Shown: one piece after another, positions 13,401 through 28,400 of the stretch | Numbering within the stretch: position 1 is the first letter of the stretch | Layout: each line of letters opens with the position of its first letter | Assembly (NCBI GenBank): GCA_963783575.1 | Contig: CAWAOD010000011.1 | Coordinates: forward strand, 1 to 64,000 | From: an uncultured Spirochaetota bacterium | Lineage (GTDB): Bacteria > Spirochaetota > Brevinematia > Brevinematales > JAOACQ01 | Direction of reading: 5' to 3' | Length of the DNA stretch: 64,000 bases | The notes under the pieces: model-generated | Seen by the model: the letters and a program-made list of their open reading frames with translations, nothing else | What the model was told of the DNA's origin: nothing | Database searches by the model: none | Position numbers and translations under genes: made by a program

Positions 13401-16400
13401 GGATTCAGTTAATTCAATCTATTAATCAAGCTCTGATGATAGAAATAGAAACCATAAGTCTATTTGATAATAGCACAGTAAATCAACTAACAAAATATAT
13501 ATTGTCAAAATTTAAGAAAGAACTTGATCTGAATCAAGGATTTAATATAAAGCAGGATGAAAAAGAAGAAGTTACTATTGCAGATTATCAAGATGAACTG
13601 TCAAAGATAAAAAATGAAAATAAGTTAAATGATAATACTCATAAATTAAAGGAGAGAGATATAAAGCATGGAAGTATTCAATTGAAAGATCGAATAATTG
13701 AAGACCACGTTAGAGAAACAATTATAGGAAAAATATCGGAATCATTAAAGGTGGATAATAATCTTATTGATGCTGATGACCCTTTTTCAGAATATGGTAT
13801 TGACTCGATTATAGGGATTCAGTTAATTCAATCTATTAATCAAGCTCTGATGATAGAAATAGAAACCATAAGTCTATTTGATAATAGTACAGTAAATCAA
13901 CTAACAAAATATATATTGTCAAAATTTAAGAAAGAACTTGATCTGAATCAAGGACTTAATATTAAACAGGATGAAAAAGAAGAAGTTACTGGTATGGATT
14001 TGAAAAATAATGTTAATAATTATAAGCAAAGAAAACATTTTTTCAAAAGGAGAGGACTACGGGAAGAATATATCAAAAAAGAGAAAAATAATGATGATTT
14101 AAAGAGACATACTTCAATTGCGATTATCGGGATGAGTGGGAGATTTGCAAAATCAAAAACAATTATAGAATTATGGAATAATTTATCAAATGGCACAGAT
14201 TTAATTGAAGAAGTTACACGATGGGATCTATCAAAATATTATTCAGATTCTTTACTTGATAGGAAAGAATACTGTAATTATGGCAGTTTTTTAGATGATA
14301 TTGATCTGTTTGATTCACTTTTTTTTAATATTTCAGGACTTGAAGCAACCTATATGGATCCTCAGCAGAGAATATTTCTGGAAGAGAGTTGGAAGGCATT
14401 GGAGGACGCCGGGTATGCCGAGGATGGAGCCAACAGACATCTGTATGGTGTATATGTCGGATGTGGTAATGGAGATTATCAGTTGTTATTTGATAAAACT
14501 TCTCCTGCACAGGCGTTTTGGGGAAATTCGAGTTCCATTATCCCCGCAAGAATAGCATACTTTTTGAATCTTCAGGGACCCGCAGTGGCTATTGATACCG
14601 CATGTTCCAGTTCACTGGTAGCCATTCATTTTGCCTGCCAGGGTTTGTGGAACAGGGAGACTGATTTGGCATTGGCGGGAGGAGTTTTTGTTCAATGTAC
14701 TCCTCAATTTTATTCGTTATCCGAAAAAGCTCAGATGCTTTCTCAAACTGGAGCCTGTCACACATTTGATGAGATGGCTGATGGATTTATACCTGGGGAG
14801 GGAGCCGGAGTGATTGTGCTTAAGAGATTGGATGATGCTATAAAGGATGGTGATCACATCTATGGAGTGATTAAGGGCACTGGGATTAATCAGGATGGTG
14901 CTACAAATGGAATTACTGCGCCAAGTGTCAATTCACAGGAGCAATTGGAAAGGTATGTGTATGATACATTTAATATTAATCCAGAACAGATTCAGATAGT
15001 AGAAGCGCATGGAACTGGGACTAAGCTTGGCGATCCAATCGAGTTTGAGGCTTTAACACGATCATTCAGTCATTATACGAATAGGAAAAGATACTGCGCA
15101 CTCGGTTCAATAAAAACAAATATCGGGCATACTTTATTTGCTGCTGGAGTTGCCGGTGTGATTAAGATCCTGCTGTCATTGCAGTATAAAAAAATATTAC
15201 CGTCATTACATTTTCATAAAGGCAACTCATATATTAACTTTGAAGATAGTCCGTTTTATGTGAATACGATACTTAAAGATTGGGATATTGGCGAAAATGA
15301 GAAACGCTGTGCTGCCGTTAGTTCTTTTGGGTTCTGTGGAACAAATGCACATATATTGATTGAAGAAGCACCTAAGGTCGATCGGCGGCATGGATTTAAA
15401 GAAGGATATTTAATTGTATTATCAGCTTATACTAGGGAGCAATTACGGCGGCAAGTTGAGCAGATACTAGAATATTGTGAAAAGGAATTAGAGGTTGACT
15501 GCGGAAACCTGAGTTATACCTTACTTATAGGAAGGAAGCATTTTGATCATCGATTTGCTTGTGTTGTACGAAATATGGAAGAACTTATAAAATTATTAAG
15601 GAAATGGCTGAGTAATGACAAAGTAATGCAAATATATATTTCTGATTTAACTAAAAAGGATTGTCGTGAACAACCATCTTTTAAGCGTTATGGAAATGAT
15701 TGTATTTTGAAATGTAGCACAATTGACGTATCCTATGAGTATTTAGAGAATTTAACTTCAATTGCAGATTTATATGTACAGGGATATAAGTTAGATTATA
15801 AACAATTATTTTCAAAAGAAGAATATTGCCGGCTTTCCCTGCCGACGTATCCATTTGCGAGGGAGAGGTATTGGGTAGAGACGAAAGGAGAAAGTTGGAA
15901 AGGGAGCGGAAATTCAGTAAAGAAGCTTCACCCGATGTTGCATGAGAACACGTCAGACTTAATGGAGCAGAAGTTTAGCAGCGTATTTACCGGGGAAGAG
16001 TTTTATCTTGAGGACCATAAGGTAAATGGGAAGAAGATGTTGCCTGGAGTGGCATATTTAGAAATGGCGAGGGCGGCGGTAGAATGGGCAGCCAGGGTTG
16101 AAAAAGGCGGGAACGAGGAGATACGGCTGAAGGATGTGGTATGGGCGAGGCCAGTGGTGGTGGGAGAAAAAGCGGTAAAGGTAAACATCGGGTTATACCC
16201 AAATGAAAAGGGAGAAATAGAGTATGAGATATATAGTGAAATCGGTGAAGGAGAGGCGGTGGTACACAGCGAGGGAAAGGTAGAGATAGGAGAAAGTAAG
16301 GGAGAGACAGCGATAGATATAAAAGGACTTCAGGAACGGAAATGGGAAAGGGAGTTATCAGGAAAAGAATGTTATGAAGCATTCAGAGGAATGGGAATAG

Positions 16401-19400
16401 AGTATGGTGCGGGGCATCGTGGTCTTGAAGAGGTATATGGCGGGAAAGGCGAGGCATTGGCGAGGATAAAAATGCCTGTAGCGGTCGTGGAAAAGGCGGA
16501 GGAGTATGTGCTGCATCCGTCGATTATGGACTCGGCATTTCAGGGGGTAATAGGCCTGTTGGGAGGAAAAGGAGAGAGTGGAGCGATGGTTCCGTTTGCT
16601 ATGGATTCCATAGAGATCAAGGGAGAATGCGGACAAACGATGTGGGCGGTGTTAAGGTATGGGGAAGGGGGCAAAGGAAAGAAAATCGACATAGATGTAT
16701 GCGATGAAGAGGGCAGGGTCAGTGTCCGAGTGAAAGGGTTGACGATGATGGCGATTGAAGGAAAAGAGAGAAATGGATTACTGATGCTGGAATCGGTATG
16801 GAAGGAAGAGGCTGCGGCAGGGGAAACGGCGGTGGAAGAGTATGCGGAACGAGTGGTGTTCCTGTACGAGCCGGAGGGAGTGAAGGCAGAGGATATAGAA
16901 GCCCGGGTAAAGGGTGTAAGATGCATAGTGATGAGTGAGGGAAAGAAGAAAGAAGGAATAGACGAGAGGTACCAGAGATACGCGAAGGGGATGATGGAAG
17001 AGATCCAGGGGATAATTGGGAGGAAAAGGGAAGGGCGGATAATGTTACAGGGAGTAATAACCGGAGAAGGAGAGAAGCGGCTGTTTTCGGGACTAATGGG
17101 AATAATGAAGACTGCAAACCAGGAGAACTCGAGGATAAAGTGTCAGATGATAGAAGTGGAAGAGGGAGAAAACGGAGAAGGGGTAGCGGCAAAGCTGGAA
17201 GAGAATGCTGAATTAGCAGAGATGTCGCATATCAGGTATAGAGAAGGGAAGAGATGGGTAGAGGAATTAAAGGAAGTAGAAGGAAGCGGAGAAGAAGCAG
17301 TGATACCGTGGAAAGAAGGCGGAGTCTACCTGATAACTGGAGGGATGGGTGGGCTGGGGCAAATATTTACCGGGGAGATAGCGAAAAAAACGAAGGGAGC
17401 GGTTTTGGTATTAACGGGCAGGTCAGCTTTAAGCGATGAGAAATGTGCCTGGCTGGAGGAATTAGGGGAGAAAGGAACGAAAGCGGAATATATACAGGCA
17501 GATGTGAGCCGGAAAGAGGAAGCGGAAGGATTGATGAGGTGCATAGAAGAGAAGTATGGAAAACTTGATGGGATCATACACAGTGCTGGAGTGACGCGGG
17601 ATAGTTTTCTTTTGAAGAAGAGTATGAAGGAAGCGGAAGAGGTGATGAGTCCGAAGGTAAAAGGAGTAGTAAACCTGGCGGAAGCGAGCGCTGGTATGAA
17701 CCCAGGGATATTCATAATGTTTTCATCGATAGCGGGAGTGACAGGGAATGTTGGGCAGGCGGATTATGCGGCCGCGAATGGATTTATGGATGCCTATGCG
17801 AAGTATCGAAATGAGGAAGTAAGAGAAAAGCGGAAAGAAGGCAGGACGGTATCGATCGACTGGCCGTTATGGAAAGATGGAGGGATGAAAGTTGACGGGG
17901 AAAGAGAGAAGATGGTGATGAGGCAGACGGGAATGAATGCTATGGAGACGGAAAGCGGAATAAAGGCCTTGTACCGGATTATGACGATGGATAAAGACCA
18001 GGTTATGGTACTGGAAGGCGATATAGGGCGTATGAGAAGAATGATGATTTCGGCAGCAGGAACTACCGGTGAAGAAAAGTTAGCGTCAGCCGGAAAAGAA
18101 GAAGAAAAAGCAATACCTATGGTAGAGATTGAAGAAGTCCGTGAAAAGGCAATTAGATATTTCAAGAAAGTGCTATCGTCAGTGTTAAAACTGCCTGCGC
18201 AGAAAATAGAAGCGGAAGCGGCGTTAGAACGATACGGCATTGATTCTATTATGATAATGCAGATAACCAATGAATTGGAGGAGGTATTCGGCCCGCTATC
18301 GAAAACGCTGTTTTTCGAATATGGTGATATAAGGAGCTTAACGGAATATTTTATAAAAAACTATCGAGGTAAGTTGATTGAACTATTGGGAAGCGGTGAA
18401 AAGGAGGCGATGGCGGTAGAAGATACGATAAGTTCGGCGACAGGACAGGTAAAAAAGACGATCAGAGAGCGGAGACAAGCACGGTTTCTGAGTAGCGGCA
18501 TAGATAAAAAGGAAGTCAAGAGGGAAAGGGAAATAGCGATCATAGGGATATCGGGGCGGTATCCCGGAGCGAGAGATGTAGAGGAATTCTGGGAAAACCT
18601 GAGGAACGGGAGAGATTGTATAACAGAGATACCGGAAAGCAGGTGGGATTGGAAGGAATATTATAATGAGGATAAGAATAAGCTTGGTAAAACATATAGT
18701 AAATGGGGTGGGTTTCTTGAAGGAGTAGATAAATTCGATCCGTTATTTTTCAATATATCGCCTCGTGAAGCGGAGATAATGGATCCGCAGGAGAGATTAT
18801 TCTTAGAATGTGTGTATAAGACAATGGAGGATGCGGGATATACGCGGGAAAATGTTGTAAAGAAGGGGGGAGATGGACTGGGGAGCAAAGTAGGTGTATA
18901 TGCCGGGGTGATGTATGAGGAGTATCAGTTGTATGGGGCGCAGGAACAGACACATGGGAGCATGGTTGCACTTAGTGGGAATGCCTCCTCGATAGCGAAC
19001 CGGGTGTCCTATCTTTTCAATTTTCAAGGACCTAGCATGGCGGTGGATACGATGTGTTCATCATCGCTGACGGCGATCCATCTGGCATGTCAAAGTATAG
19101 AGAGAGGGGAGTGCGAAGTCGCGATAGCAGGGGGAGTGAATGTTTCAGTGCATCCGAATAAGTACCTGTTTCTTTCGCAGGGCAAGTTTGTATCGAGCAA
19201 GGGGAGGTGTGAAAGTTTTGGGAAAGGTGGGGACGGGTATGTACCCGGTGAGGGAGTAGGAGCGGTGTTACTTAAACCCTTGATAAAAGCAGAGGATGAG
19301 GGAGATCATATTTATGGAGTGATCAGGGGGAGCATGATAAACGCGGGAGGAAAGACGAACGGATATACGGTACCTAGCCCAGCGGCGCAGGGGGAAGTGA

Positions 19401-22400
19401 TTAGAGCAGCGATGGAGAGGGCTGGAGTGGACGCGCGATCGATCAGTTATATAGAAGCGCATGGAACAGGGACATCGCTTGGAGACCCAATTGAGATAGC
19501 TGGGTTAACGAGGGCGTTCCGGCAATATACGGAGGAAAAGCAATATTGTGCGATAGGCTCGGTGAAGTCGAACATAGGACATTGTGAGAGTGCGGCGGGG
19601 ATAGCGGCGTTGACGAAGGTGCTGCTGCAGATGAAGTATGGGGAATTGGTGGCAAGCCTGCATTCCGAGGAATTGAATCCGAATATAAATTTCAGTGAGA
19701 CGCCGTTCGTAGTGCAGCAGGAACTGGCAGAATGGAAGAGAGAGGGAGGAAAACCAAGGATAGCGGGGATATCGTCGTTTGGAGCGGGAGGAGCGAACGC
19801 GCATATCATAATAGAAGAATATGTTGACAACAGAGAAAAAATCGTGGGAGCAAGAGTGAAAGTGAACAATCCTGCGATCATAGTACTGTCGGCAAGGGAT
19901 GAGGAAAGATTGAAGGAAAGGGCGAAAGATCTTATCAAAGCGATAGAGAAAGACGGCTATGGTGAAGAGGAACTGGCAAATATAGCATACACGCTGCAGG
20001 CAGGGCGGGAAGGGATGGAAGAAAGGGTAGGTTTCACCGCGGGGACATTGGAAGAGATGAAAGGGAAACTGAATGATTATATAAACGGAGGAGGGAAAGA
20101 AGAGGTATACCGAGGTTCGGTGAAGAGGAATAAGGAGGCATTAAGTCTGTTTACAGCGGATGAAGATTTACAAAAGGCGATAGACAGCTGGATAGGCAAG
20201 AGGAAATATGAGAAATTGCTGGATACATGGGTGAAGGGGTTGGTATTTGACTGGAACAGGATATATGGAGAAGAAAAGCCATTAAAGATAAGCCTGCCGA
20301 CGTATCCATTTGCGAGGGAGAGGTATTGGGTAGAGACGAAAGGAGAAAGTTGGAAAGGGAGCGGAAATTCAGTAAAGAAGCTTCACCCGATGTTGCATGA
20401 GAACACGTCAGACTTAATGGAGCAGAGGTTTAGCAGCGTATTTACCGGGGAAGAGTTTTATCTTGAGGACCATAAGGTAAATGGGAAGAAGATGTTGCCT
20501 GGAGTGGCATATTTAGAAATGGCGAGGGCGGCGGTAGAATGGGCAGCCAGGGTTGAAAAAGGCGGGAACGAGGAGATACGGCTGAAGGATGTGGTATGGG
20601 CGAGGCCAGTGGTGGTGGGAGAAAAAGCGGTAAAGGTAAACATCGGGTTATACCCAAATGAAAAGGGAGAAATAGAGTATGAGATATATAGTGAAATCGG
20701 TGAAGGAGAGGCGGTGGTACACAGCGAGGGAAAGGTAGAGATAGGAGAAAGTAAGGGAGAGACAGCGATAGATATAAAAGGACTTCAGGAACGGAAATGG
20801 GAAAGGGAGTTATCAGGAAAAGAATGTTATGAAGCATTCAGAGGAATGGGAATAGAGTATGGTGCGGGGCATCGTGGTCTTGAAGAGGTATATGGCGGGA
20901 AAGGCGAGGCATTGGCGAGGATAAAAATGCCTGTAGCGGTCGTGGAAAAGGCGGAGGAGTATGTGCTGCATCCGTCGATTATGGACTCGGCATTTCAGGG
21001 GGTAATAGGCCTGTTGGGAGGAAAAGGAGAGAGTGGAGCGATGGTTCCGTTTGCTATGGATTCCATAGAGATCAAGGGAGAATGCGGACAAACGATGTGG
21101 GCGGTGTTAAGGTATGGGGAAGGGGGCAAAGGAAAGAAAATCGACATAGATGTATGCGATGAAGAGGGCAGGGTCAGTGTCCGAGTGAAAGGGTTGACAG
21201 TGAGGATAATGGAAGGAAGAGTTGAGGCAGGTAATATATTGCAAGAGGATATATCCGGGGATTCCAATGGGATATTAAATGGGAAGATTATGCTAACCCC
21301 CGTATGGAGTATAAAAGCAAATAATAAAATAGAGAGATTTCCGGCCATATCGAATCGGGTTATTATAGCTGGGGGTACGGAAGAAAACCTAAGAGCTATA
21401 GAAAAGTATTATCCTGGAGCGTGTAAACTGGAGATTAAAAATGGCGGCAGCATAGAATCGATAACAGAAAAGATAGCGAAGATAGGAGAGATTGACCATA
21501 TTATATGGATAGCAGCTCAGAATAAAATTAAGAATATTGAAGATGAGTCAATAATAGAGGGACAGGAAGGGGGAATTATTCAGCTATTCCGGATAATCAA
21601 AGCGTTACTTGGCCTGGGATATGGTTTAAGGGATCTGGGATGGAGTATAATTACAGTTGGGATGCAAAGCATAAGGAAAGGCGAAGAGATAAACCCGGAG
21701 CATGCAGGTGTCCAGGGTTTAATAGGATCGTTGGCAAAGGAGTATCCGAACTGGAAGATCCGGTTTATTGACCTGGAAACGGGAGTAGAATGGCCTCTAA
21801 AAGATATATTCAAGCTGCCTTGTGAGTTACTTGGGGATCAAATAACATACAAGGGCGGGGAATGGTATACTCAGGAGTTATTACCGGTAAGATATCCCGC
21901 GTTAAGCGGGACTGTTTACCGTGAAGGGGGTGTATATATAGTAATAGGAGGAGCTGGAGGGATCGGGGAAGTGTGGAGCGAGTACATGATACGCGGCTAC
22001 CATGCGAAAATCATCTGGATAGGACGCCGGGAAAAGGATGAGCTTATACAAAATAAGATAGACAAGCTTGGGAAATTAGGAGAAGCGCCGTGGTATATCA
22101 GCGCGGACGCGAGGAATAAAAAGACATTGGAGAAAGCCTATAAAGGGATAAAGGAGAAATATCCTGAGATTCATGGAGTGATACATTCGGCGATAGTGCT
22201 GCATGATCAAAGCCTTGCGAATATGGAAGAGGAAAGGTTTCGTGATGGGTTGACGGCGAAGGTGGATGTAAGTGTGAGAATAGCGCAGGTATTTAAAAAA
22301 GAGAAATTAGATTTTGTAATGTTTTTCTCATCGATGCAATCATTTATGAAAGCAGCAGGGCAGAGTAATTATGCATCCGGCTGCACGTTTGAGGACGCAT

Positions 22401-25400
22401 TTGCGAAGAGGCTTTCATGGGAATGGGGCTGTGCCGTGAAAGTGATGAATTGGGGGTATTGGGGAAGCGTTGGGATCGTAGCTTCGGAAAAGTACCAGGA
22501 GAGAATGGAAAAGGTTGGGATAGGTTCTATAGAACCGGCGGAAGCTATGGAAGCTTTGGAAGAACTATTGTCGGGGCCGCTGGATCAAATTGCGTTATTG
22601 AAGACGACGAAGCCGTTAGTTATGGAAGGGATGTCAGGGAACGAATTGATAGAGATCAGTCGTGAGACCCCTTCCATTGATCTGATGGAAGTACAGAGCC
22701 GTATTATGGAAGAAAAGACCCGGCTTGAAGAAATAATTAAAGATGGATTACCGCGGCAGAAGAAGATGGAGGAAATACTCTGCAGTCTGCTGTGGGTTGA
22801 GCTGCAATCTATAGGATGGTTTGGTGAGAAGAATGAAGAAATAGCGGTTAGCAGAAAAAAGATGGGATTGGTTGAGAAATACGGAAGATGGCTTGAGGCG
22901 AGCATCCGGTTTTTAGAGAAGAATCATTATCTGAAGGTGGATAGAGAGAGATATATTGTGAATAATATGTCCCCGATAGATAGAAATGAAAGATGGAAGG
23001 AATGGGAAAGAGAAAAAGGGGAATGGATGACAGGACCGGGTATGGAAGCGCAGGCGGTTTTAGCGGAAGCGACGATGAAGAAACTGGGGAAAATTCTTCA
23101 AGGAAAAGAGTTAGCGACTGATATTATGTTTCCGGATTCATCTATGAAGCTGGTGGAAGGGGTATACAAGAACACTGAGGTAGCGGATTATTTTAATGGA
23201 GTAATCGGTGGGGCTATAGCGGGGTACATCGAAAGCCGTATTAGACAAGATATAAAAACCAGAATAAAGATAATAGAGATAGGAGCGGGAACGGGAGGGA
23301 CCAGCGGCGCGGTATTCCGGAATCTGAAGAGTTATCAGGACCATGTAGAGGAATATTGTTATACGGATGTATCCAAGGCGTTCTTGATGCATGGAGAAAG
23401 AGAGTATGGAAAGGAAAACGCGTATTTGACCTATAAAATATTCAATGTGGAAGAAGCGTTGGCAGGACAGGGGATCGAAGCGGGAAGTTATGATGTAGTA
23501 ATAGCGGCGAATGTCCTGCATGCGACGAAGAATATCCGGGAAACATTGAGGAACGTAAAGGCCTTATTACGGAAGAATGGAATCTTATTATTAAACGAAA
23601 TATCGAAAGAATCGCTATTTACGCATCTGACATTCGGGTTACTGGAAGGTTGGTGGTTATATGAAGACGGAGAATACAGGATACCCGGAAGTCCCGGTCT
23701 ATATCAGGAGATGTGGAGAGAAGTTCTGGAATTGGAGGGTTTTCAGCCGGTAAACTACCTTGCAGAATCTGCGCATGAATTGGGCCAGCAGATTATAGGA
23801 GCAAAGAGTGATGGTGCGGTAAGACAAAGACGGAAGCGATTAGATATTTCAGAAAAAGAAAAAGCGATGAAGGGAACAGAGGTAAAAAAAGAGCGATATT
23901 CAATGCAACAATCTTCAACACGTTCGGCAGGAGCGGATACAGATAATGAATTGAGGGAAAAAAGCATTGAATATTTTAAGAAATTAGTGGCAGAAACGCT
24001 GAAAATACCTGTAAACAAAATTGATTCATCGGAATCATTGGAGAAGTATGGGATTGATTCGATCCTGGTTGTACAATTGACAAATAATTTAAAAAAAGTA
24101 TTTGATAATATTAATAGTACTTTATTTTTTGAGTATCAAACTATAGACGCCCTGGCAGATAATTTTCTAAAAACCAGAAGAGAATCATTGGTAAAACTGC
24201 TAGGACCTAATGAAGATACATCATCAAATAAATTACCAATAATATCAACGAAATTATTATCAGAACATTCTTTGATACAAAAAAACAGACGTTTTTTGCA
24301 AAAAGAAAATGAAAAAACTGATGTTCAGCAAAATAGATATCAAAAAATAGCTATTATAGGAATATCGGGGAAGTATCCCGGTGCAAAAAAAATAGGAGAA
24401 TTCTGGAATAATTTAAAAGAAAGAAAAAATTGCATTACAGAAATACCGAAAGAACGTTGGGATTGGATGAAATATTTTGATGAAGAGAAGGGGAGAGTTG
24501 GAAGAATATATACAAAGTGGGGCGGATTTATTGAAGATGGTGATAAATTCGATCCGTTATTTTTTAATATATCACCACGAGAAGCTGAGAGAATGGAACC
24601 GCAGGAGAGATTATTTTTAGAAGAAGTATATGCGGGAATTGAAGATGCGGGGTATACTACTGATACGATTTGTAAGAGTAAAAAGGTTGGAGTATTTGTT
24701 GGGGTAATGAATTGGAGTTATCCTATCGGTTCAAGCTATTGGTCGATAGCAAACCGGATTTCGTTTCTATTAGATTTAAAAGGCCCAAGTATGGCGGTGG
24801 ATACGGCATGCTCATCTTCATTGACAGCAATTCATTTGGCCGTAGAAAGTTTAAATAGAGAAGAATGTGAATGTGCGGTGGCCGGAGGTGTTAATTTGAT
24901 TTTCTCTCCAAACCATTATATAGAATTGTCATCGATGACAATGCTCTCAACAGGAGATCAATGCAGGTCATTCGGGGATAATGCGGATGGTTTTGTGCCC
25001 GGAGAGGGAGTAGGAGCAGTTCTGCTCAAGCCGTTATCGAAAGCGGTAGAGGATGGCGACCATATCTACGGTGTGATACGGGGCAGCATGATCAACTCCG
25101 GGGGCAAGACGAACGGATATACCGTACCGAACCCTATAGCGCAGGGTGAAGTGATAAAGGAAGCTATAGAGAAGTCGGGGGTGAACGCGCGATCGATCAG
25201 CTATATAGAGGCGCATGGGACCGGGACATCGCTGGGCGATCCGATCGAGATAGCTGGATTGACGAGAGCGTTCCGTCAGTATACGGATGATAAGCAATTT
25301 TGCGCGATAGGGTCTGTAAAATCGAACATCGGACATTGTGAGAGCGCGGCGGGAATAGCGGCGGTCACAAAGGTACTGCTGCAGATGAAACACAGAGAGC

Positions 25401-28400
25401 TTGTTCCAAGCCTGCATTCCGAGGAATTGAACCCGAATATAGATTTTGGTGAGACACCGTTTATAGTGCAGAGGAGATTGTCGGAATGGGAAAGCCCTGA
25501 GGGAAAACCTAGGATAGCGGGAATATCAGCGTTTGGGGCTGGAGGAGCGAACGCGCATATTATAATAGAGGAATATATTGACGGCAGAGGAAAAGGAAAG
25601 TCTGTCAAAGCAAACAGCGATACCCCGGCGGTCATTGTGCTGTCGGCGAGAAACGAGGAAAGACTGAAAGAAAGGGCGAGGGATCTTATAAATTGGATAG
25701 AAAGAGAAAGCCATGGTGATGAGGAACTGGTAGACATAGCTTATACATTGCAGGTAGGCCGTGAAGGAATGGAAGAGAGATTAGGTTTTACTGCGTGTAC
25801 AAAACAGGAGCTTAAGGAGAAACTGGCGGGATACTTGAAAGGAGAGGAAGGGATAGCGGACATATACCGGGGGTCGGTGAAGATGAATAAGGAGGCGTTG
25901 TCACTGTTCACGGTGGATGAGGATTTGCAGAAAGCGGTGGAAAACTGGATCGGTAAGGGGAAATACATCAAGATACTGGACCTATGGGTGAAGGGAATGG
26001 TGTTTAACTGGAACAGGCTGTATGGGGAAGAGACACCGCAAAGGATAAGCCTGCCGACATATCCATTTGCGAGGGAAAGGTACTGGGTAGAAGAGACGGG
26101 AAATAAGGTAGTGGCCAGTGGAACTGGTATGAAGAAGCTGCACCCGATGGTGCATGAGAACACGTCGAGTCTGATGGAGCAGAGGTTCAGTTCGGTATTT
26201 ACGGGCGAAGAGATATTCCTGAAAGACCATAAGGTGAATGGGCGGAATGTATTGCCGGGTGTGGCGTACCTTGAGATGGCGAGGGAGGCGATGGAATGCG
26301 CTGCGGAGGTTGAAGGAGGTGGGAAAGAGGGAATAAGGCTGAAGAACGTGGCATGGGCGAGGCCTGTAGTGGTGGAAGATAGCCCGGTAAAGGTAAATAT
26401 CGGGCTGTATCCGAACGGGAACGGGGAAATAGAGTACGAGGTGTACAGCGAAAGCGGGGAAGGAGAGGCGGTGGTACATAGCCAGGGAACGGCAGAGGTA
26501 ACGGAAGTGAAGGAAGAGTCAAAGATAGATATAGAAGGGCTTCGCGGACGGAAATGGGACAGAGAGCTGAGGGCGGAAGAATGTTACAAAAAATTCAGCG
26601 GGATGGGGATAGAGTATGGGCCGGGTCATCGCGGGATAGAAATGATATATTGCGGGGAAGGAGAGGTATTGGCGAAACTGGCGATGCCGTCAGAGGTAAA
26701 GGAAGAAGCCGGGGAGTATGTCCTGCATCCATCGATGATGGACAGTGCGTTTCAGTCTGTGATAGGGCTTGGAGGCTCCGGAGGAGGAGCGGCGCTGCCG
26801 TTCGCCATAGATGAGGTGGAGATCAGGGGAAGCTGCGTAGAGTCAATGTGGGCGGTAATAAGGAACAGTGAAGGCGGGAATGATAAGAAATTCGATATAG
26901 ATCTATGTGATGAAGAAGGGAAAATATGTGTCCGGATGAAAGGTCTGTCATTACGATCGATAGGCGGCATAGAAAGCTCGGGGTTAATGATGCTTGAGCC
27001 GGTGTGGAAGGAAGAAACGGTAAAAACAGATTCTATGACAGAGGAATATGCAGATCGAGTAGTATTCCTGTGTGAAATTGATGGAGTAAATGAAGAGGAA
27101 ATAGCAGCCCGAATGAATGAAGTGCGGTTTGTAAACTTAAAACCCGGGAAAAAAGGCAAGGAAAGAATAGATGACAGATATGAGGCATACGCGAAGAGGA
27201 TGATAGAAGAAATCCGGGGGATAATCAGGAAGAAGCCTGAAGGCCGGGTGTTGGTGCAGGCAATAATGTCGCCGGGAGAAGAAAAGAGTTTATTCGGCGG
27301 GTTGATGGGAATATTGAAGACAGCGGAGCAGGAGAACCCGAAGATAACTGGACAAATGATAGAGTTGGAAGGGAATGAAATTACGGAAGTGGTGGCGTTG
27401 AAGCTGGAAGAAAACGCGAGAGAGGCGGCAGGAGGGAGAATAAGGTATAGTGAGGGAAAGAGATGGCTTGAGGAATATAAGGAAATAGAACAGGGTAAAG
27501 ATACGGAAGAAATACCGTGGAAAGATGGAGGAGTGTACCTGATCACAGGGGGAACCGGGGGATTGGGAAGGATATTTGCGGAAGAGATAACGGAGAAAGC
27601 GAAGGAAACCGTATTGATATTAACGGGACGGTCGGAGTTGAGTGAAGAAAAAAAGGATTGGATAAAAGAACTGGAACAGAAGGGAGCTCAGGTTAAATAT
27701 AGTCAGACCGACATCACAGTCCGGGAAGAGGTTGAAGGACTGATTAAATTGATTAAAGAGAAATACGGCAAGCTGGACGGGATCATCCACAGCGCGGGAG
27801 TGACCAGGGATAACTTTTTTCTGAAAAAGAGCATAGAGGAAGTGGAAGAGGTTCTTAGACCCAAAGTAAAGGGAGTGGTAAATCTGGATGAAGCAAGCAG
27901 GGGATTGAAGTTAGATATCTTCATACTATTTTCATCGATGGCAGGTGCGCTGGGGAATGTGGGACAGGCTGATTACGCGGCGGCGAATGGGTTTATGGAT
28001 ACTTATTCAAGGTATAGGAATGGACTTGGTGAGTCGGGTGATAGATATGGTCGAATGTTATCAATAAACTGGCCGCTGTGGAAAGAAGGCGGGATGAGAG
28101 TGGATGAGGAAAAAGAAAAAATGATGCTACGGCAGATAGGATTGATAGCGATGAAAACGGAAACAGGGATACACGCATTATACCGGAGTATGGGGTCTAG
28201 GAAGGACCAGGTAATGGTAATGGCAGGATACATAAACAGGATACGAGAGAAAATGCTACAAATCAAAACATATAATGATATAAAAGGGAATAAAATTTTG
28301 GAGAAAGTATTAATGACTCTTAAAAAAGATATATCAGAATTAATAAAAATGAATGATGAAACTATGGATGTTGATAGTGATTATTGGGAGATTAAATATG

